20,000 nucleotides of DNA from the IMG/VR virus record IMGVR_UViG_3300020466_000002. The stretch is one strand, 5' to 3'. A model generated the notes under the pieces. The model was not told the origin of the DNA and made no database searches. It was given only the letters and a program-made list of their open reading frames with translations. The DNA comes from an uncultured virus (IMG/VR IMGVR_UViG_3300020466_000002). Lineage: Duplodnaviria; Heunggongvirae; Uroviricota; Caudoviricetes. A program made the translations under genes and the position numbers. Below are positions 18,384 to 20,000 of the stretch, in pieces. How positions within the stretch are numbered: position 1 is the stretch's first letter; each line of letters opens with the position of its first letter.

Positions 18384-19413
18384 CTTTTCCTCCGTTTTTA
18401 ATTAATATATCATTTACAAAATAATTGTCATCAGAATTTAATCTCACAACAGTATATATTGTTTCAGAGCTATCAAAGTTTAAATTTGTAATTTCAACCT
18501 CAGTATTATCTACTTTATATAGCTTATCACCAATAACTAATTCATTCATATTTTTTTCAATCCAAGATCCTTCTCTTTTAACTATCATTGGATGATTTCC
18601 AGTAACAACTAATAAACCGTTGTTTATATTATAAATACCTTTACACTTAACACCATATGATAACATACCTTTTTTAACCACTAGACTAGGATTAGATGGA
18701 TCTGCACACGTTAATACATCTTGATCAGCATCGAACTTATAAATATTTCTTGTTTCACTAGTAGATGTGTGTACGTTTGATGAATCAACTATACCATATG
18801 TTTTTGCTTTTTGATTTAAAACTTTTAATGGCACAAAGTAATTTGTTCTATTATAATAAGTATTTTCAGGTACTGTTAAACCTGTAACTTCTGTAAACGT
18901 TACATTATCCCAATAAAACTTCATAAACTCATCTGTTGTTCCACCACTAAAATTCCACCAGCTAACCTTACAATTATCTTTAGCTTTCTTTTGACAAAAA
19001 CCGGCAAACTTAGGATGTAAATCATCATCAACATAAGTGTCCATTAATATTGCATCGTATTTTTCTGGTTCACTTAATAAATCAAACCATTTACCATTTA
19101 CTACAGTTACATTTGGTTTATCAGCCGCCCACTCATTTAATTTAACTAGTACTTGAGGATGACATTCAACTATAGTGTGAGATGCTGGGTTTCTAGCTTG
19201 AACAGCTGTAGATAATATACCCATACCAAAACCACACTCTAAAACATGATCGCCAGAAGATACAGCAACCTCAGCCATTTTATTCATAATAGGTTGTTCC
19301 CAAGACATCATAACTTCTCGCACGTCATTCATCTCTGGGCAAAACCAGGTAATTTTATCATCTGCAAATGTTAATGTTGCGTTTAAGTATGAATCTCTAA
19401 ATCTATGTGCCAT
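18376..19413 (-). CDS. Rmt2/GAMT-like class I SAM-dependent methyltransferase fused to a C-terminal degenerate Hint domain
   Basis: aa 1-200: VMMSWEQPIM, motif I VLECGFGMGI, HTIVECHPQV, GKW, YDAILMDTY, SWWN, YYNRTNYFVP, collinear with Rmt2/guanidinoacetate methyltransferase motifs. aa ~207-340: Hint block B VTGNHPM, ELVIGDKL and block G-like NYFVNDILIKN. Confidence 0.8.
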   Translation of the reverse strand: MAHRFRDSYLNATLTFADDKITWFCPEMNDVREVMMSWEQPIMNKMAEVAVSSGDHVLECGFGMGILSTAVQARNPASHTIVECHPQVLVKLNEWAADKPNVTVVNGKWFDLLSEPEKYDAILMDTYVDDDLHPKFAGFCQKKAKDNCKVSWWNFSGGTTDEFMKFYWDNVTFTEVTGLTVPENTYYNRTNYFVPLKVLNQKAKTYGIVDSSNVHTSTSETRNIYKFDADQDVLTCADPSNPSLVVKKGMLSYGVKCKGIYNINNGLLVVTGNHPMIVKREGSWIEKNMNELVIGDKLYKVDNTEVEITNLNFDSSETIYTVVRLNSDDNYFVNDILIKNGGKDA

Positions 19414-19424
19414 AATTATTTAAT

Positions 19425-20000
19425 TTACATACAACCTCTAAAGCAGTCACCGCCACCGCCTCCACCACCAGCGGTAAATGTTGTTCTACTTGTGTAGTTA
19501 CCAGTGTTCCACATTGTTATTGTTGTACCAGTGTTTCTTGTGGTAAACGTATCAGTTTGATGACTTGTTGACCAAGTTGTAGTAGTTGTTCTATTAGTAT
19601 TATAAGTTGTAGTAGTATTTTTACTTGTATAATATGTTGTACTTGTTGTATGACTAGTTGCATAAGAAGTCATTGTTGTACGACTAGTATTATACGTTGT
19701 TGTTGTATTAAATGATGTGGTATAACTTGTAGTTGTTGATTTACTAGTGTTATACGTTGTATTATATGTTGTCGTCGTTGAATGAGAAGTACTATGATAC
19801 GTGTTATAAGTTGTATTATAACTTGTTGTAGTACTGTGACTGGTAGCATATGTCGTGTTGTATGTTGTAGTTGTACTGTGAGACGTGCTACGTGTTGTAT
19901 TCCATGAAGAAACATAATAAGTTGTATACGTAGTCGTTGTATTTGAACTAGTATTAAAAGTTGTTGTTGTGCTATGACTTGTACTGTGATATGTATTATA
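19425..20000 (-). CDS. Second Thr/Ser-rich repeat protein, 5' end outside the window, ending GGGGGGGDCFRGCM
   Basis: The 82-aa ORF in the track is only the tail. Hand translation shows the frame open to base 20000: YNTYHSTSHSTTTTFNTSSNTTTTYTTYYVSSWNTTRSTSHSTTTTYNTTYATSHS...MTSYATSH...TFTAGGGGGGGDCFRGCM*. It has the same repeat grammar as 16863-18383. Confidence 0.8.
   Translation of the reverse strand, partial: YNTYHSTSHSTTTTFNTSSNTTTTYTTYYVSSWNTTRSTSHSTTTTYNTTYATSHSTTTSYNTTYNTYHSTSHSTTTTYNTTYNTSKSTTTSYTTSFNTTTTYNTSRTTMTSYATSHTTSTTYYTSKNTTTTYNTNRTTTTTWSTSHQTDTFTTRNTGTTITMWNTGNYTSRTTFTAGGGGGGGDCFRGCM

Noticed and set aside
18394..18795. Calling the Hint domain a functional cis-splicing intein or mobile element
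   Set aside because: It has no N-terminal Cys/Ser, no endonuclease and no nucleophile at +1 (Gly), and only 5 residues follow it.
19670..19915. 81-aa minus-strand ORF, and treating 19425-19673 as a complete 82-aa gene
   Set aside because: The first is the same kind of shadow frame. The second is the C-terminal part of a frame that stays open to base 20000.
17160..20000. Possible CRISPR array or diversity-generating retroelement template/variable repeat pair
   Set aside because: The repeats are degenerate at synonymous positions, in-frame and without unique spacers. I saw no adenine-specific mismatch pair, and no reverse transcriptase or cas gene is in the window.
1..20000. Stop-codon reassignment as seen in some crAss-like phages
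   Set aside because: Genes are full length and tightly packed under the standard code, and TAG serves as a real stop (15382-15384, 15909-15911, 16863-16865).

Overview
AT-rich bacteriophage DNA with every credible gene on the minus strand. Positions 1-14838 are the virion morphogenesis module of a podovirus-like phage with crAss-like gene order, probably infecting Bacteroidota/Flavobacteriia (A/T-rich leaders, no Shine-Dalgarno). In transcription order: putative small terminase, large terminase, portal, scaffold-like protein, major capsid protein, a conserved structural protein, two tail ring/tube-like proteins, and a >1450-aa tail stabilisation protein that runs off the left edge and is absent from the ORF track. 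Upstream are a tandem GroES-like gene and two small ORFs. The most unusual part is 15909-20000, a compact cluster of four genes. Two paralogous, essentially proline-free Thr/Ser-rich repeat proteins (unit ~TTTT[YFW]NTS[HKQ]S, even-length register) flank an Rmt2/GAMT-like SAM methyltransferase fused to a degenerate Hint domain, and a KpsS/KpsC-like 'KPHP' glycosyltransferase follows. It looks like a phage-encoded fibre plus post-translational modification system. All calls come from motif recognition by eye; no searches were run.
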